Positions 47,801 through 56,870 of a stretch of DNA of 64,000 nucleotides are shown here, one piece after another. The notes under the pieces were generated by a model, which was not told the DNA's origin, did no database searches, and saw nothing but the letters and a program-made list of their open reading frames with translations. Origin of the DNA: an uncultured virus (IMG/VR IMGVR_UViG_3300035668_000001) (lineage: Duplodnaviria > Heunggongvirae > Uroviricota > Caudoviricetes); IMG/VR virus record IMGVR_UViG_3300035668_000001; one strand, given 5' to 3'. The translations under genes were made by a program, and so were the position numbers. Position 1 is the first letter of the stretch, and each line of letters begins with the position of its first letter.

Positions 47801-48866
47801 CGCCGTCTTGTCGGCAAGCGGGACGAGGATCTTGCTGGCGGTTTCGCCCCTCACCGCCGCCGGCACCCTCACGGCGACCGGCACACTCACCCAGTTCGCG
47901 TTCGCGGCAATGTCGGCGGCCGCCGTCCTCACCGCCGCCGCGGTGCGCACCCAGCCCGGTGCGGCCGCGTACACCGCAACGGGCACCCTCGTCGCCGCCG
48001 CGGTGGTGACGAAGGTCGGCGTCGTGGTCCTCGTCGCCGTCCACACCACCACCGCGGCCGGCGTGCCGGGCCGGGCCGGTTCCGCCGCCCTCGTCGCCGC
48101 GGGCACGTTGACGGCCGAACCGACACTGACGCAAGCCGCGGTCGTCGCCTTCATCGCCGTCGCGGTACTCGCCGCCGACGCCGTGCGGGGACAGCCGGCG
48201 GCGGCCGCCCTGGTCGCGGCCGCCGTACTCACACCTGTACCGCTACTCACCCAAGCCGCCGCGGCGGTACTCGCCGCCGCCGGGGTACTCGCCGCCGCCG
48301 GGATCGTGACCCGGCACGGCGTCGCCGCCCTCACCGCCGACGGGGCCCTCACCGCCGACGGGGTCTTGGGTGTCGCCGCGGCCGCCGTGTTCACCGCCGC
48401 CGCCCAACTCGCCGCCACCGGCACCGTGTCACGGGTCGGCGCCGCCGAACTCGCCGCCGTCGCAGTCCTCACCGCGGCCGCGCTCAGGGTGGCCGTCGTA
48501 CTGGCCGACCTGACCGCCGCGGGAGCCCTCACCGCCGACGGGCACGTCTTCCCACTGCACTCGTCCACGGCCTTCCTGTACGCCGCGCACACCCTCACCG
48601 CGACCGGGACCGGGACCACGATCGGCGCCGTCGTCATGACCGCGTTCGCCTTCATGGTCGCCGCCGCCGCCACCGCCCCACCCGGCGGGCACCTGGCCGC
48701 CGAGTGGTCCGACCCCGACACGTCGACCCTGCGCTACCACTCCCCCGGCCCCGGCGGTGGACTGTCCGGCCCGGCGCTCGAGCACGGCTCCTTGGTCGAC
48801 GCCGCGCCCGGACAGGGGACACTCACCGGGAACCCCACCGGCGGCGGAACCCTTCGCCCCCGGTGA
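44844..48866 (+). CDS. large fibre-like protein: LamG domain plus long Ala/Thr repeats
   Basis: LamG motifs (FTIVWW, LRIG, LNG, VWSVALSQAEI, LVGYWPL); ~20-aa repeats AAAMTATSTMTAA. Confidence 0.85.
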   Translation: MPTPILGRGTPIQPRTFWHPGIWPTTCARFDADGEDYTRTVSLGTISAFTIVWWGKISVDRNDFSTFVCLDNNTTADLHACQTEPDGTSASIFDELVTVASHPLTVGTWYGMATSRSGVTGALLTRAYGAPTSTYSTFATMSASTVATTLRIGESVFGAEWLNGCVAGVKVWSVALSQAEIEAELVQYAPIRSADLVGYWPLTDGSPNDFSGNGRHLSGGAGSSIEPGPQIPVGEFAATTVQAADAAMTATSTMTAVGDLDAVGAAAMAATSTMTAAAVQGVAGAAAMTATSTMTAAAVQDTTGSAAMAATSTMTAAGVRDAAGAVGMTAASTFTAAGDRDVPAAAAMAATGTFAAAGVRAAAGAVDMTAASTFTAGATREAAGAAAMTSAGTMSAFGRLQTDLDFRAATGVLGLSGTGANLSVAVPATVQAGDGMFLFYSEAIITSTITDPAGWTLVATVDTPTTLRTRVLWRVAQAGDAGTTVTVVTTGTTVKRTLQLVAYAGSDTTNPLHVYAAANETTVTVSHALPTVSVTLPGAWIIGFVVDRASPGSTAFTAPAGWATRDARYGTGGGATSAIVADTDSPVPTGTSGGDTFTGTVALINATMWTIAVRQLVIQYAVAAMTATSTTTAGGSLGQQAVAAMTAAAVTTAAGTRTQPAAAPLAAAGTLAATGTRELVATAPLAATQTLAASAVTVVPAAASMVAVGVLSAPGVLGAFGAATMTGAGVLTAAGDRTAVGTAALTGTGTFTAAAVRAAAVAAALTAAGTFTADGDRTVVVAAAFTAAGTLTAAADRTAVATAAMVAAGTFTAAAVRAAVAAAAYTAVATLAAAPTLTQLAAAAMTAAGVFTATAAELAASAMTAVSTLTAPADRTAVAAAAMSAAAVLAAAAAIVKVAAAAMTAAGVFTAAAVRAAAAAAAMASAGILTAAAVRTATVAADMAATGTLTAAADRTVVVAAALTAVSTTTADGVRTVTPAAAMTAAAVLSASGTRILLAVSPLTAAGTLTATGTLTQFAFAAMSAAAVLTAAAVRTQPGAAAYTATGTLVAAAVVTKVGVVVLVAVHTTTAAGVPGRAGSAALVAAGTLTAEPTLTQAAVVAFIAVAVLAADAVRGQPAAAALVAAAVLTPVPLLTQAAAAVLAAAGVLAAAGIVTRHGVAALTADGALTADGVLGVAAAAVFTAAAQLAATGTVSRVGAAELAAVAVLTAAALRVAVVLADLTAAGALTADGHVFPLHSSTAFLYAAHTLTATGTGTTIGAVVMTAFAFMVAAAATAPPGGHLAAEWSDPDTSTLRYHSPGPGGGLSGPALEHGSLVDAAPGQGTLTGNPTGGGTLRPR

Positions 48867-48908
48867 CGGGCCGCGACACTACCGGCCCCCACCTGGCTTG
48901 ATCGTCAG

Positions 48909-49826
48909 GTGAGCAACCTCGACTACTCCCCCGCGCTCGACGGGGCCTCGGTCGACCCCGACGACGGGGTAGCCGGTGGCTCCGTCGACACCCTCGCCCT
49001 GTACCCGGTCGCCGACCGGTCCGGTGCCCCGACCGCCACGTACGGGCCCGCCGCCCGAATCTCCGCCGGCCGGTACCGGTTCACCGTGCCCGACACGGTC
49101 ACCGGCCGGTACTGGCCCCGGGTCCTGTGGACCGAGGCCGCCGCGGCGGTACAGCGCACCGACGACCTGCCGCACATCGATCTGCCGATCCGCGACTGGC
49201 TCGTCACTTCCCCCGAGTCGATCGCGACCCGCCTCGGGATGCCGTTGCCGATCACTGTGTCGCAGCGGGAGATCTTGTCCGACGTCATCCTCGACGCGCA
49301 GGCCGCCGTCGAGGCGTACCTCGGGCGGCCGATCATTCCCGCCACGTACGTCGACCGGCGCATCTGGCCGTCCGGTGGGCGGTGGGTGCTGTCGCAGTCA
49401 CCCGTCCTCGACGTCGTGTCCGAAGTCGAGGAAGTCGACGAGAACAGCGCCGGGACCGGCTACTGGCTTGTCACGTACCGGGCCGGGCTGGATGTGCGCG
49501 GCGACCCCCAGTACGGGCCGATCATGCGAGTCTTGCGGGCCCACGCCGTCGAGCACCCGGAGTCGATCCGGCTGTGGCGGACTGTGGGCCACGGGTCGGC
49601 GGCCGGTGACCGGCGCACCAAGACTCTGTCCGCCGAAGGCCAGTCGGTGACGTACGAGTTCACCGGCTTCGACGGGACCGCCGAATCGTCGAGGGCAGTC
49701 GGGGCTTCCGTCGGAGGGCCCGTGCTGTGGGCCTCCATCGACCGGTGGCGGACCGCTGGCCGTCGCGTGTTCCAGCGGGCCGGATCGCTGTCGCCCGCCG
49801 ACGACACCGGCTGGCGCTGGACATGA
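48909..49826 (+). CDS. putative head-tail adaptor
   Basis: ILDAQAAVEAYLGRPI...VTYRAGLD...LSAEGQSVTY. Confidence 0.7.
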   Translation: MSNLDYSPALDGASVDPDDGVAGGSVDTLALYPVADRSGAPTATYGPAARISAGRYRFTVPDTVTGRYWPRVLWTEAAAAVQRTDDLPHIDLPIRDWLVTSPESIATRLGMPLPITVSQREILSDVILDAQAAVEAYLGRPIIPATYVDRRIWPSGGRWVLSQSPVLDVVSEVEEVDENSAGTGYWLVTYRAGLDVRGDPQYGPIMRVLRAHAVEHPESIRLWRTVGHGSAAGDRRTKTLSAEGQSVTYEFTGFDGTAESSRAVGASVGGPVLWASIDRWRTAGRRVFQRAGSLSPADDTGWRWT

Positions 49827-50572
49827 CCCGGCAGATCAGGTTCGCCCACTTCGTGACCTTCGACCGGAGGTCGTACCAGCCCGGCGACATCGCCACCTTC
49901 CCCAGCGCGGACGCGTCCGCGCTGGTCTCTGCCGGGCAGGCCGGATACGTGACCGGGCTGGTCGACACGCCACCGCGTACCGCGATGCGGTCGGACACTT
50001 TCAACCTGCTCAGCGTCGAGCAGGAAACCGTCCCGTGGTGGACGGCGGACGCTGGCACGGTCGCCATGACGTCAGGGCTGGCACGGTTCGCCATGTTCAC
50101 CGCCCGCCGCACCATGACGGCGGGCGGCGTCCGGGTCCTCGCCGGCGACACTGCCGCCGGAGGGACGCCGACGCTGGTGAAGCTGGCGCTCTACAGCGCC
50201 GACTCGAGCCGGGATCTCACCTTCACCGCACTCACCCGCATCGCCGTCACGGCGTCCGATGTCACCGTGTTCGCCGCCGCGAACACGTCCTACTCGACAG
50301 CGTTCATCACGCCTACCGTGATCGACGAAGGCGCCCGGTACGCCGTAGGTGTCCTCGTCGTCACCGCTGCCACCGCGCCGACGGTGTGGGGCATCGTCGG
50401 CGGCGCCGCCTACGCCGGGCCGTGGTACGGGGCCCAAGCCGCCGGCCAGACCGACCTTGCCGCGTCCTACACGGCCGGGGCGCTCGCCAACACCCCCACC
50501 GTCCCGTACGCCACCGTCCCCCCGGTGCCCGTGGGCGGCTCGTTCGGCGCGGTGTTCACCGCAACCTTCTGA
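49823..50572 (+). CDS. virion protein, paralogue of 52007-52708
   Basis: MTSGLARF..FTARR...TPTLVKL. Confidence 0.75.
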   Translation: MTRQIRFAHFVTFDRRSYQPGDIATFPSADASALVSAGQAGYVTGLVDTPPRTAMRSDTFNLLSVEQETVPWWTADAGTVAMTSGLARFAMFTARRTMTAGGVRVLAGDTAAGGTPTLVKLALYSADSSRDLTFTALTRIAVTASDVTVFAAANTSYSTAFITPTVIDEGARYAVGVLVVTAATAPTVWGIVGGAAYAGPWYGAQAAGQTDLAASYTAGALANTPTVPYATVPPVPVGGSFGAVFTATF

Positions 50573-50584
50573 GGAGCTGGACAG

Positions 50585-51136
50585 ATGACAACCCTGCGAA
50601 CCAATTTCGTGCAGGACGAACCGGGCCACCCGGCGTCTCACAACGACGTGAACGCCGCAGTCAACACCCACACCGTCGACACCGCGAACCCGCACTCTAC
50701 GACGCTGGCGAAGATCTCCGGCGCCATCGACTCGGTGGTCACCCTCGCCGGCACCCTCGTCCAATGGGTGCGGGTCAACATCCCCGCCGCAGCAGGCGGG
50801 GAAGACACCGCCACCTGGCCCGACCGGCTCGTGTTTTTCTACAACGGCACCCGCACCGGACACTTCAACGAATACGGGGAACTGCGGGCGCGTCCCCACA
50901 ACACCACCGCGGTCGCGTTACGCACCCAAGGCGCGCTGACAGGGCACGCCGGCGACATCTTCCAGGTCACCAGCTACGACAACCTGACCGTCTACTTCGG
51001 GGCGTCGCCCACGTCGGTGCACGCCACCGTGCCGATCACCGGCCCGAACCTGCCGCCGTCGATTCTCGTGCTCAATGCAGCCGAGGCCGTGCCGAACGGG
51101 ACCCCGGCCGGGTCGATCGTGTGCAGGCGACCGTAG
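50585..51136 (+). CDS. putative virion protein
   Basis: GAGGAG RBS; FNEYGELR; VPNGTPAGSIV. Confidence 0.7.
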   Translation: MTTLRTNFVQDEPGHPASHNDVNAAVNTHTVDTANPHSTTLAKISGAIDSVVTLAGTLVQWVRVNIPAAAGGEDTATWPDRLVFFYNGTRTGHFNEYGELRARPHNTTAVALRTQGALTGHAGDIFQVTSYDNLTVYFGASPTSVHATVPITGPNLPPSILVLNAAEAVPNGTPAGSIVCRRP

Positions 51137-51907
51137 GTGGCCCACGTCGGCTCTCCGACCAGCGGCGCCACCGGCGCCGCCGGAACCGTGTGCAACTGCA
51201 CCGCCCTGGCGGCCGGGATCGCCGCCGGGCACACCCTGGCGCTCGGCCTCGCCACCACGGCGATCGACGCGACCGTGCCGGTGGTCACCGTCACCGACCC
51301 GCGCGGCAACGTCTGGACTACAGAGCCCGGCGTCAATGCCGCCTCCGCGACCGCCCTCGCCGTCGTCACCTGCCGGGTCGCCACCGCCCTACAGGCCGGT
51401 GACGTCATCACCGTCACCATCTCCCCGTCTGCGACCCGCATGGCCGTCACCGTCGAAGACTTCGGCGACACCACCTTCGGTGTCGACAAGAACGCCTCCA
51501 ACAACGGATCTTCCGGAAGCCTGTCCTCCGGTGTCACCACAGCCACCGTCCAGGCCAGCGAGCTCGTCGTCGGCGGGTTCGCGCTCACCAACTCGGGCCG
51601 CATCTTCACCGCCGGAGCCGGCTTCACCGCCGGGCCGAAGGTCATCTCCGTCGGCGGGTCCAGCGACCGGGCCGTCGTCCTCGAATGGAAGTACGTCACT
51701 TCCACCGGCACCCAGGAAGCCACCGGCACCCTCAACTCCGCCGGCGGCTATGCCGGGCATGTCGTCACACTCAAATCGGTCGACGACACACCCCCCGCCG
51801 GGGCCGCTGTCTACGAATGGAACGGGACGAGCCTGATCGGACCGCTCACCGTCTATGAATGGAACGGGACGAGCCTGGTCGGGCCGCTGGCCGTCGAAGA
51901 GACGTGA
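51137..51907 (+). CDS. putative virion protein with C-terminal VYEWNGTS tandem repeat
   Basis: Thr/Ser/Gly-rich; 42-bp tandem duplication near the 3' end. Confidence 0.7.
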   Translation: MAHVGSPTSGATGAAGTVCNCTALAAGIAAGHTLALGLATTAIDATVPVVTVTDPRGNVWTTEPGVNAASATALAVVTCRVATALQAGDVITVTISPSATRMAVTVEDFGDTTFGVDKNASNNGSSGSLSSGVTTATVQASELVVGGFALTNSGRIFTAGAGFTAGPKVISVGGSSDRAVVLEWKYVTSTGTQEATGTLNSAGGYAGHVVTLKSVDDTPPAGAAVYEWNGTSLIGPLTVYEWNGTSLVGPLAVEET

Positions 51908-52006
51908 ACGCCGTCCCGTTGTTCGGCCGCGACACAACGGCTGGCCATCGTCCATCCTCGCCGTGACCTCCCCGGGCCGCCCTGCACACGAAGTGGATCC
52001 CCCGAC

Positions 52007-52708
52007 ATGACGACACAAGTACGCCTCAGCCACTTCATCACGCTCAACACCACGCCGTACGCCCCCGGCGACGTCGCCGCCCTCACCGACGATCTCGCCA
52101 CCGAGGTCATCAGCGCCGGGATGGGCACCCTCGTGTCCGGGCAGGTCGTGACGGCGCCTCGGATCCCGCTGCGCACCGACACACTGAACATGCTCACCGG
52201 GGAGCAGGAGAACATGCCTTGGTGGGCGTCGAAGGACGCCACGATCACCATGACCTCCGGGCTGGCCCGGTTCGGGTTCTTCACCGCCCGCCGGTCGTTC
52301 ACCGTCACATCGCTGCGGCTCGTGTCCGGCGGAACGGCCGCCGCGGCGACCCCCTCATTGGTCAAGTTCGGGCTGTATTCGGTGAGCTACGCAGCCGGTG
52401 TGGAGACGACACTCACCCGGATCGGGCTCACCGCATCCGACACGTCCACGTTCGCCGCCACGGCCACCGCCTACACGAAGGCCCTCGCCACCGCGGTCGG
52501 GATAGCGGAAGGCACCCGGTACGCGATCGGCGCCCTGGTCGTCACCGCCGCCGCGGCGCCCACCGTGCAGGGCCTCGTCGGCGGACCCGTCCAGGCGTTG
52601 CCGATCTACGCCGCGCAGATCGCCGCGCAGGCGGACCTCGGCGCCTCCTACGCCGTGTCGGCCCTGACGAACAGCGCTTCGGTGCCGTACACGGTCGCCG
52701 TTCCGTGA
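52007..52708 (+). CDS. virion protein, paralogue of 49823-50572
   Basis: Co-linear similarity over the whole length. Confidence 0.75.
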   Translation: MTTQVRLSHFITLNTTPYAPGDVAALTDDLATEVISAGMGTLVSGQVVTAPRIPLRTDTLNMLTGEQENMPWWASKDATITMTSGLARFGFFTARRSFTVTSLRLVSGGTAAAATPSLVKFGLYSVSYAAGVETTLTRIGLTASDTSTFAATATAYTKALATAVGIAEGTRYAIGALVVTAAAAPTVQGLVGGPVQALPIYAAQIAAQADLGASYAVSALTNSASVPYTVAVP

Positions 52709-52715
52709 CCCGCGC

Positions 52716-53330
52716 CTAGGCCGTCTTCGCGCGCGCGGCCTCGCGGTGTTGCGCGCGCGTCAGGTCCGCGGCCTCACCGGCGGTGACCGGGATGGCAAGC
52801 TGCCCCGGCATGGGCGCGGCGACCCGTCCGCGGCCGCGCAGCCGTTTACAGATGAGGCACTCGCGTCGCCCGGACGACGGGTGGATGTACACGGTCGGCC
52901 CGGACAGCGGGTGGCCGCAGTCGCCGACCAGTTTTCGTGCGTTCATCGCCGACGGGCACCCGGAGCGGGCCAGGTTTTCGGCGTCGGTGAGCGCGCGCAG
53001 GTGAGACTGGCGCACGCATGCACGGTGCGGGCAGTCGTCGGTGCGCGCGCACGCGCGCCAGTCGTGGCAGGCGTGGTCCACCTCGTACCCGGGCGGCACC
53101 GGGCCGTTGGCGGCCTCGAAGGCGTAGACGTGCGCGCGCACGACCCGGTCCGGGCCGACGCGGAAGATGCCGTACCCGTCGGCGTTCAAGGCACCGGTCC
53201 ACAGGATGCACCGGCCGAGGTCCGGGTCGGCCGGGAGCGGGCCGTCCAGGTCCAGTTTGGCCGCGAACAGGGCTGCCCGGGCGGTCGGGGGCAGGTGCAG
53301 GCCGTGGGTGACTGTCGAGGCGGAGGTCAC
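52716..53330 (-). CDS. HNH endonuclease (HNH_3 type)
   Basis: CILWTGALNADGYG...AHV...VDHAC...CVRQSHL...EN...CGH...RECLIC. Confidence 0.85.
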   Translation of the reverse strand: MTSASTVTHGLHLPPTARAALFAAKLDLDGPLPADPDLGRCILWTGALNADGYGIFRVGPDRVVRAHVYAFEAANGPVPPGYEVDHACHDWRACARTDDCPHRACVRQSHLRALTDAENLARSGCPSAMNARKLVGDCGHPLSGPTVYIHPSSGRRECLICKRLRGRGRVAAPMPGQLAIPVTAGEAADLTRAQHREAARAKTA

Positions 53331-53580
53331 GTCGCGTAGTGAACCACGGCCCGCCCTGCCGGGAGGACAGGCGGGCCGGAGGATCACTCCCGGTGGTCGG
53401 GGCAGTGTGCGTGTTCGGGGCTGGCGGCGTTGCAGCCGGGGGTCAGGCAGATCCCGGCGGCGTCGCAGGCGTCTGCGTAGGCGTCCCACGCGGACTGCTC
53501 CCTGGCCGCGAGGCGGTCGTCGTCGGGGTCCAGCTCCTCGGCGGCTCGCGCGGCTCGCCACGCAGCCTCTAGGGATGGCA

Positions 53581-53862
53581 TCAGGACTCGGACCATTGAA
53601 GGAAAGTGACGGTGAGCCGCGGCTCGCCGGTGTTCGGGTCGAGGCGGGTGAACCCGCCGTCCGGGTTGACCCGGATCTCGGCCGCCTTCGGCCACCGGAA
53701 CCAGGAGCGGGTGTGCTTCCCACCGGGCGGCACGCTCAACGCGATCGCGTTGGTTTGGACCGTGACGACGGTGGCGTCATGAGACATGCCGGGGTTCCGG
53801 TGGTTCTCGATGTGGACCGCGGTTCCCACGGTGAGCCGACGCTTGATCGCCGCGAGACTCAT
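53581..53862 (-). CDS. hypothetical protein
   Basis: Coupled ORF in a reverse cassette. Confidence 0.6.
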   Translation of the reverse strand: MSLAAIKRRLTVGTAVHIENHRNPGMSHDATVVTVQTNAIALSVPPGGKHTRSWFRWPKAAEIRVNPDGGFTRLDPNTGEPRLTVTFLQWSES

Positions 53863-54287
53863 GCCGACACCGCCTCGGCGGTCCAGTACGCCTCGGAGGC
53901 GTCCTCGAGGCAGCTTGTGGTGCAGTAGACGGCCCAGTCGTCCTCGTGCCCCGGGCGCCAAGCCATCTCTCCGTCGTCGTACACCGGGACAGCGACCGGG
54001 CCTTCGCACTTGCTGCACGCCCGCTCCACGACCAGTGCTTTGATCGCCCGGCGGACGGCCCTCGCGCCCTCGAACTTCTGTGTGGATCCGTGGTTGCCGT
54101 AAGTGAGGGTGGCGCGGAGGACGGCGCCGGTCTTGGTGCCGACGACGATCGTGCCGAAGGTAGCGTGCTCGCCGCTCCCGTTCAGGTTGACGGCGACCGC
54201 GCCGCGGTACGTCCCGCTCTCTTCCGGCCGCAGACCGGCTTGCGCCGCGTAGGCGATGGTCCGGTCGGTGTAGGCGGTGGTGAGCAT
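53859..54287 (-). CDS. hypothetical protein with C-terminal CxxC...CxxxC
   Basis: GAAGG RBS; first gene after a promoter motif. Confidence 0.65.
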   Translation of the reverse strand: MLTTAYTDRTIAYAAQAGLRPEESGTYRGAVAVNLNGSGEHATFGTIVVGTKTGAVLRATLTYGNHGSTQKFEGARAVRRAIKALVVERACSKCEGPVAVPVYDDGEMAWRPGHEDDWAVYCTTSCLEDASEAYWTAEAVSA

Positions 54288-54312
54288 GGGGCCCCCTTCC
54301 GGGTGGTGGTCC

Positions 54313-54359
54313 GGGGGTCGCTCCCCGTCCCTACACCCGCAAGTATACACGGGATTTAG
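54313..54359 (-). promoter_or_regulatory. putative phage promoter (-10 TATACT) plus leader motif
   Basis: Minus strand: CTAAATCCCGTG-TATACT-TGCGGGTGTAGGGACGGGGAGCGACCCCC. Confidence 0.72.
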
Positions 54360-54592
54360 TAAGGCCGGAAGTGCCCCGCGACGTAACCGGAACAGACCTG
54401 CGACGGTTGCGTCGCCTCGACCCCCGGGCGCGGATGGCGGAGCCGCCGGGCCCTACTCGAGGACAACGCGCGGCGGTGGGCAGTCACCGGGGTCCGTCCA
54501 CCGCCGCGCCCCGGGGCACGACCGCGTCAGCGGATGGATCATCACGGGCTTGGGCCGCGACGTAAACGGTCACCGCCGAGCAACCTGCCCGG

Positions 54593-54919
54593 GTGGCAGT
54601 CATCCTCTCCGATGGCACGTACCGGGTGCGGCACCGTCCGCACCCGTTCACCGAGGACGCCCACGGCCTGCCCGTCGCCGCCTCGGCGCCCGCGCCCGGG
54701 CCGTGGCGCGCCGGCGCGCGGAGTCGGCAGACCGACGGCTCCTACCACCTGCGGCTCGACCCGGCCGAGTGGCCGGTGCGCCCCGGGGACCAGGTCGACG
54801 GACAGGACGGGGCCACGTTCATCCTCACCGGCTGGCCGAAGAAGTCGTTCAACCCGGCCGGGTCCGATGTGGACCACGTCGCCGCCACAGCCGCCCTCAA
54901 ACCCCCGGAGACACCGTGA
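54593..54919 (+). CDS. putative head-closure protein
   Basis: Position and size; LRLDPAEWPVRPGD. Confidence 0.6.
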   Translation: MAVILSDGTYRVRHRPHPFTEDAHGLPVAASAPAPGPWRAGARSRQTDGSYHLRLDPAEWPVRPGDQVDGQDGATFILTGWPKKSFNPAGSDVDHVAATAALKPPETP

Positions 54920-55278
54920 CCTACGACGCCCCGCCCGGCCTCGACGACGCCGCACCGGCGGCCACCGAAGCCGCCGCCGACCCGGGGCCACTCGTCGAGG
55001 TCGTGCGCGTCTACCTCGTCACCGGCCAAGTCGTCCGATGGAAGCTCAGCGCGCCGACTCCCTTCCTCGATGTCGTCCGCCGACTCGAACAAGCCGACGA
55101 CGCCGGCCACGACATCACCGCCCTCTACATCGACGACGCCGCCACCGGCCAGCCCATCTACATCCGCATGGCGCACATCGTCGACATCGTCCCCGAAGTC
55201 GACGGGCCGCCGACACCCGACCTCACCAAGCCCCCCTCCGTGGCCCCGTGGGCGCCGCAAAAGGGAGGCGGTCGGTGA
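54916..55278 (+). CDS. hypothetical protein
   Basis: GGAG RBS; GTGA overlap. Confidence 0.6.
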   Translation: MTYDAPPGLDDAAPAATEAAADPGPLVEVVRVYLVTGQVVRWKLSAPTPFLDVVRRLEQADDAGHDITALYIDDAATGQPIYIRMAHIVDIVPEVDGPPTPDLTKPPSVAPWAPQKGGGR

Positions 55279-55793
55279 TGGCCGCCACCTTCACCGCCTC
55301 GACCGGCCTCAACGAACGCGTCGCGCAGATGATCGTGCCCGACGTGACCCGCATTGCCCGCAACGTCGAGGACGCCGCGAAGACGCTCGCCCCGTCGGAG
55401 AAGGTGTGGACGACGTCCGGAGACGTGTTGGTCCGCAAGTGGCACCGGGACGTGGCCGGGCAGACCGTGCCGTCCAACCTGCGGTTCACCCTCGAGACGC
55501 CCGAGTGGGAGATCCAGCACGAGGGTTACGGGCCGACGGAGATGGCGGCCGAGCCGCGCGACCGCGTGTTGTCGTACGTGAACTCTGTCCACTGCCGGTG
55601 CTGGCTCGAGTACGTGCCCGACGGGGTGTCCAAGACGATCCACGCCGAGCCTGCGCGTGCGATGGGGACCACTTGCCGGTCACGCGTCTACTGCGATCAC
55701 GAGCTCGCCGTCACGGCCGAGTTCGGCAACGACATCGACCGCGGGGCCCGCTTCATGGCGGGCGGTATCCGCGTCGCCGCCTCCCGTCTCTGA
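55278..55793 (+). CDS. HK97 gp10-like neck protein with inserted MuF-like segment
   Basis: AKTLAP...AEFG...RFM frame enclosing KVWTTSGDVLVRKWH...HCRC. Confidence 0.65.
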   Translation: MAATFTASTGLNERVAQMIVPDVTRIARNVEDAAKTLAPSEKVWTTSGDVLVRKWHRDVAGQTVPSNLRFTLETPEWEIQHEGYGPTEMAAEPRDRVLSYVNSVHCRCWLEYVPDGVSKTIHAEPARAMGTTCRSRVYCDHELAVTAEFGNDIDRGARFMAGGIRVAASRL

Positions 55794-56068
55794 CCCGCCC
55801 GCAACCGAGGAGTGTCCATGACCGAAAAGAAGGTCGAGTCGAAGACGACGCAGACCGCGCCGGGCGCGTCACCCGCGGCGGGGGTCGAAGCGTCCCCCGC
55901 CGAACAGGGCTTCGCGGCGCCTCTCGTCGCGGGCGAGGGGACTGCGACCGTGCGGCTCGCGCACCCGTGGGTCGACGGGGCCGGGACGACCCATTTCCCC
56001 GGCGAGGAAGTCGACGTCGACGTCGACACCGCCGAAGGGCTGCGCGCGGCCGGGTTCGTCGCGACAGG

Positions 56069-56515
56069 ATGACCGGCCCGACGCCAGCCGATCTGGCATC
56101 CGCCGACGCCGTCGCCCGGATGCTGGCGTGGCTGCGCGTCGACCCCGCGGTCCTGGCCGCGTTCGGGGACGCCAACCACGTGTCCGGCCAGAACCGTGCC
56201 CCGTACCCACATATGCGCGTGTCCCCGTCCCCCGGTGGGTCCGACGGTGACCTGCGGTGGCTGTTGGAGCAAGAGGTGGCGCTGACCGCATTCGGGGACC
56301 TCGACGGCACCCTCGGGTCGTCCGCGCTCAAGGCGCTGCTCTACGTCGCCTTGTCGTCCGCGTACGTGCTCGGGGAGACACCGCCGACGGGCGGGGAGTC
56401 GGTGGTGTGCGGGGTGCGCTCGTCGTCCGCGGCGCGGCCCCTCGACATCCCGTTGACGGGCCAGCCGGCGTGGACGGCGACGGTCATCGTGACGATCCAC
56501 CCGCCGGTGCCGTGA
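56069..56515 (+). CDS. putative tail terminator
   Basis: Position before the tail tube gene; APYPHMRV. Confidence 0.65.
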   Translation: MTGPTPADLASADAVARMLAWLRVDPAVLAAFGDANHVSGQNRAPYPHMRVSPSPGGSDGDLRWLLEQEVALTAFGDLDGTLGSSALKALLYVALSSAYVLGETPPTGGESVVCGVRSSSAARPLDIPLTGQPAWTATVIVTIHPPVP

Positions 56516-56524
56516 CCCCGGCGG

Positions 56525-56815
56525 TCACCCTCCGGGCGTGGGAGGCCCGGGAGTCGGCGTGGGATCCGGGGCCGGGTGGTCCGGCCACGCAGCGGTCGAC
56601 CCGAACACACTGACACCGTCCGGGGTGTCGCCCAACGCGATGAACACGGCCTGGGGGGCGCCGCCGAGGGGCATCGCGTCCGAAGCGGTGACGTTGGTGA
56701 CGGCTTCGACGCCACCGTTGACGGGCCACGCGTACTGGTAGCAAGCCAGCAGTTTCGTTGCCGGGTCGTGCGTCTGCAATGCGGTGATCAGGTCACCGAC
56801 GGTCTCGAATGGCAT
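56525..56815 (-). CDS. hypothetical protein
   Basis: GAGGAG RBS; TVGDLITALQTHDP. Confidence 0.6.
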   Translation of the reverse strand: MPFETVGDLITALQTHDPATKLLACYQYAWPVNGGVEAVTNVTASDAMPLGGAPQAVFIALGDTPDGVSVFGSTAAWPDHPAPDPTPTPGPPTPGG

Positions 56816-56870
56816 CGGGGGCGCTCCTCGTCCGGGGACAGTCGCGGACCAGGGTGGCCGACCGGACAGG

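Noticed and set aside
45580..48660. GCC-rich ~60-bp periodicity as another RNA array
   Set aside because: Explained by the Ala/Thr protein repeat, with synonymous variation and no CCA-N9-CG motif or consistent stems.
51809..51892. 42-bp tandem duplication
   Set aside because: Encodes VYEWNGTSL(I/V)GPL twice; a simple coding repeat.
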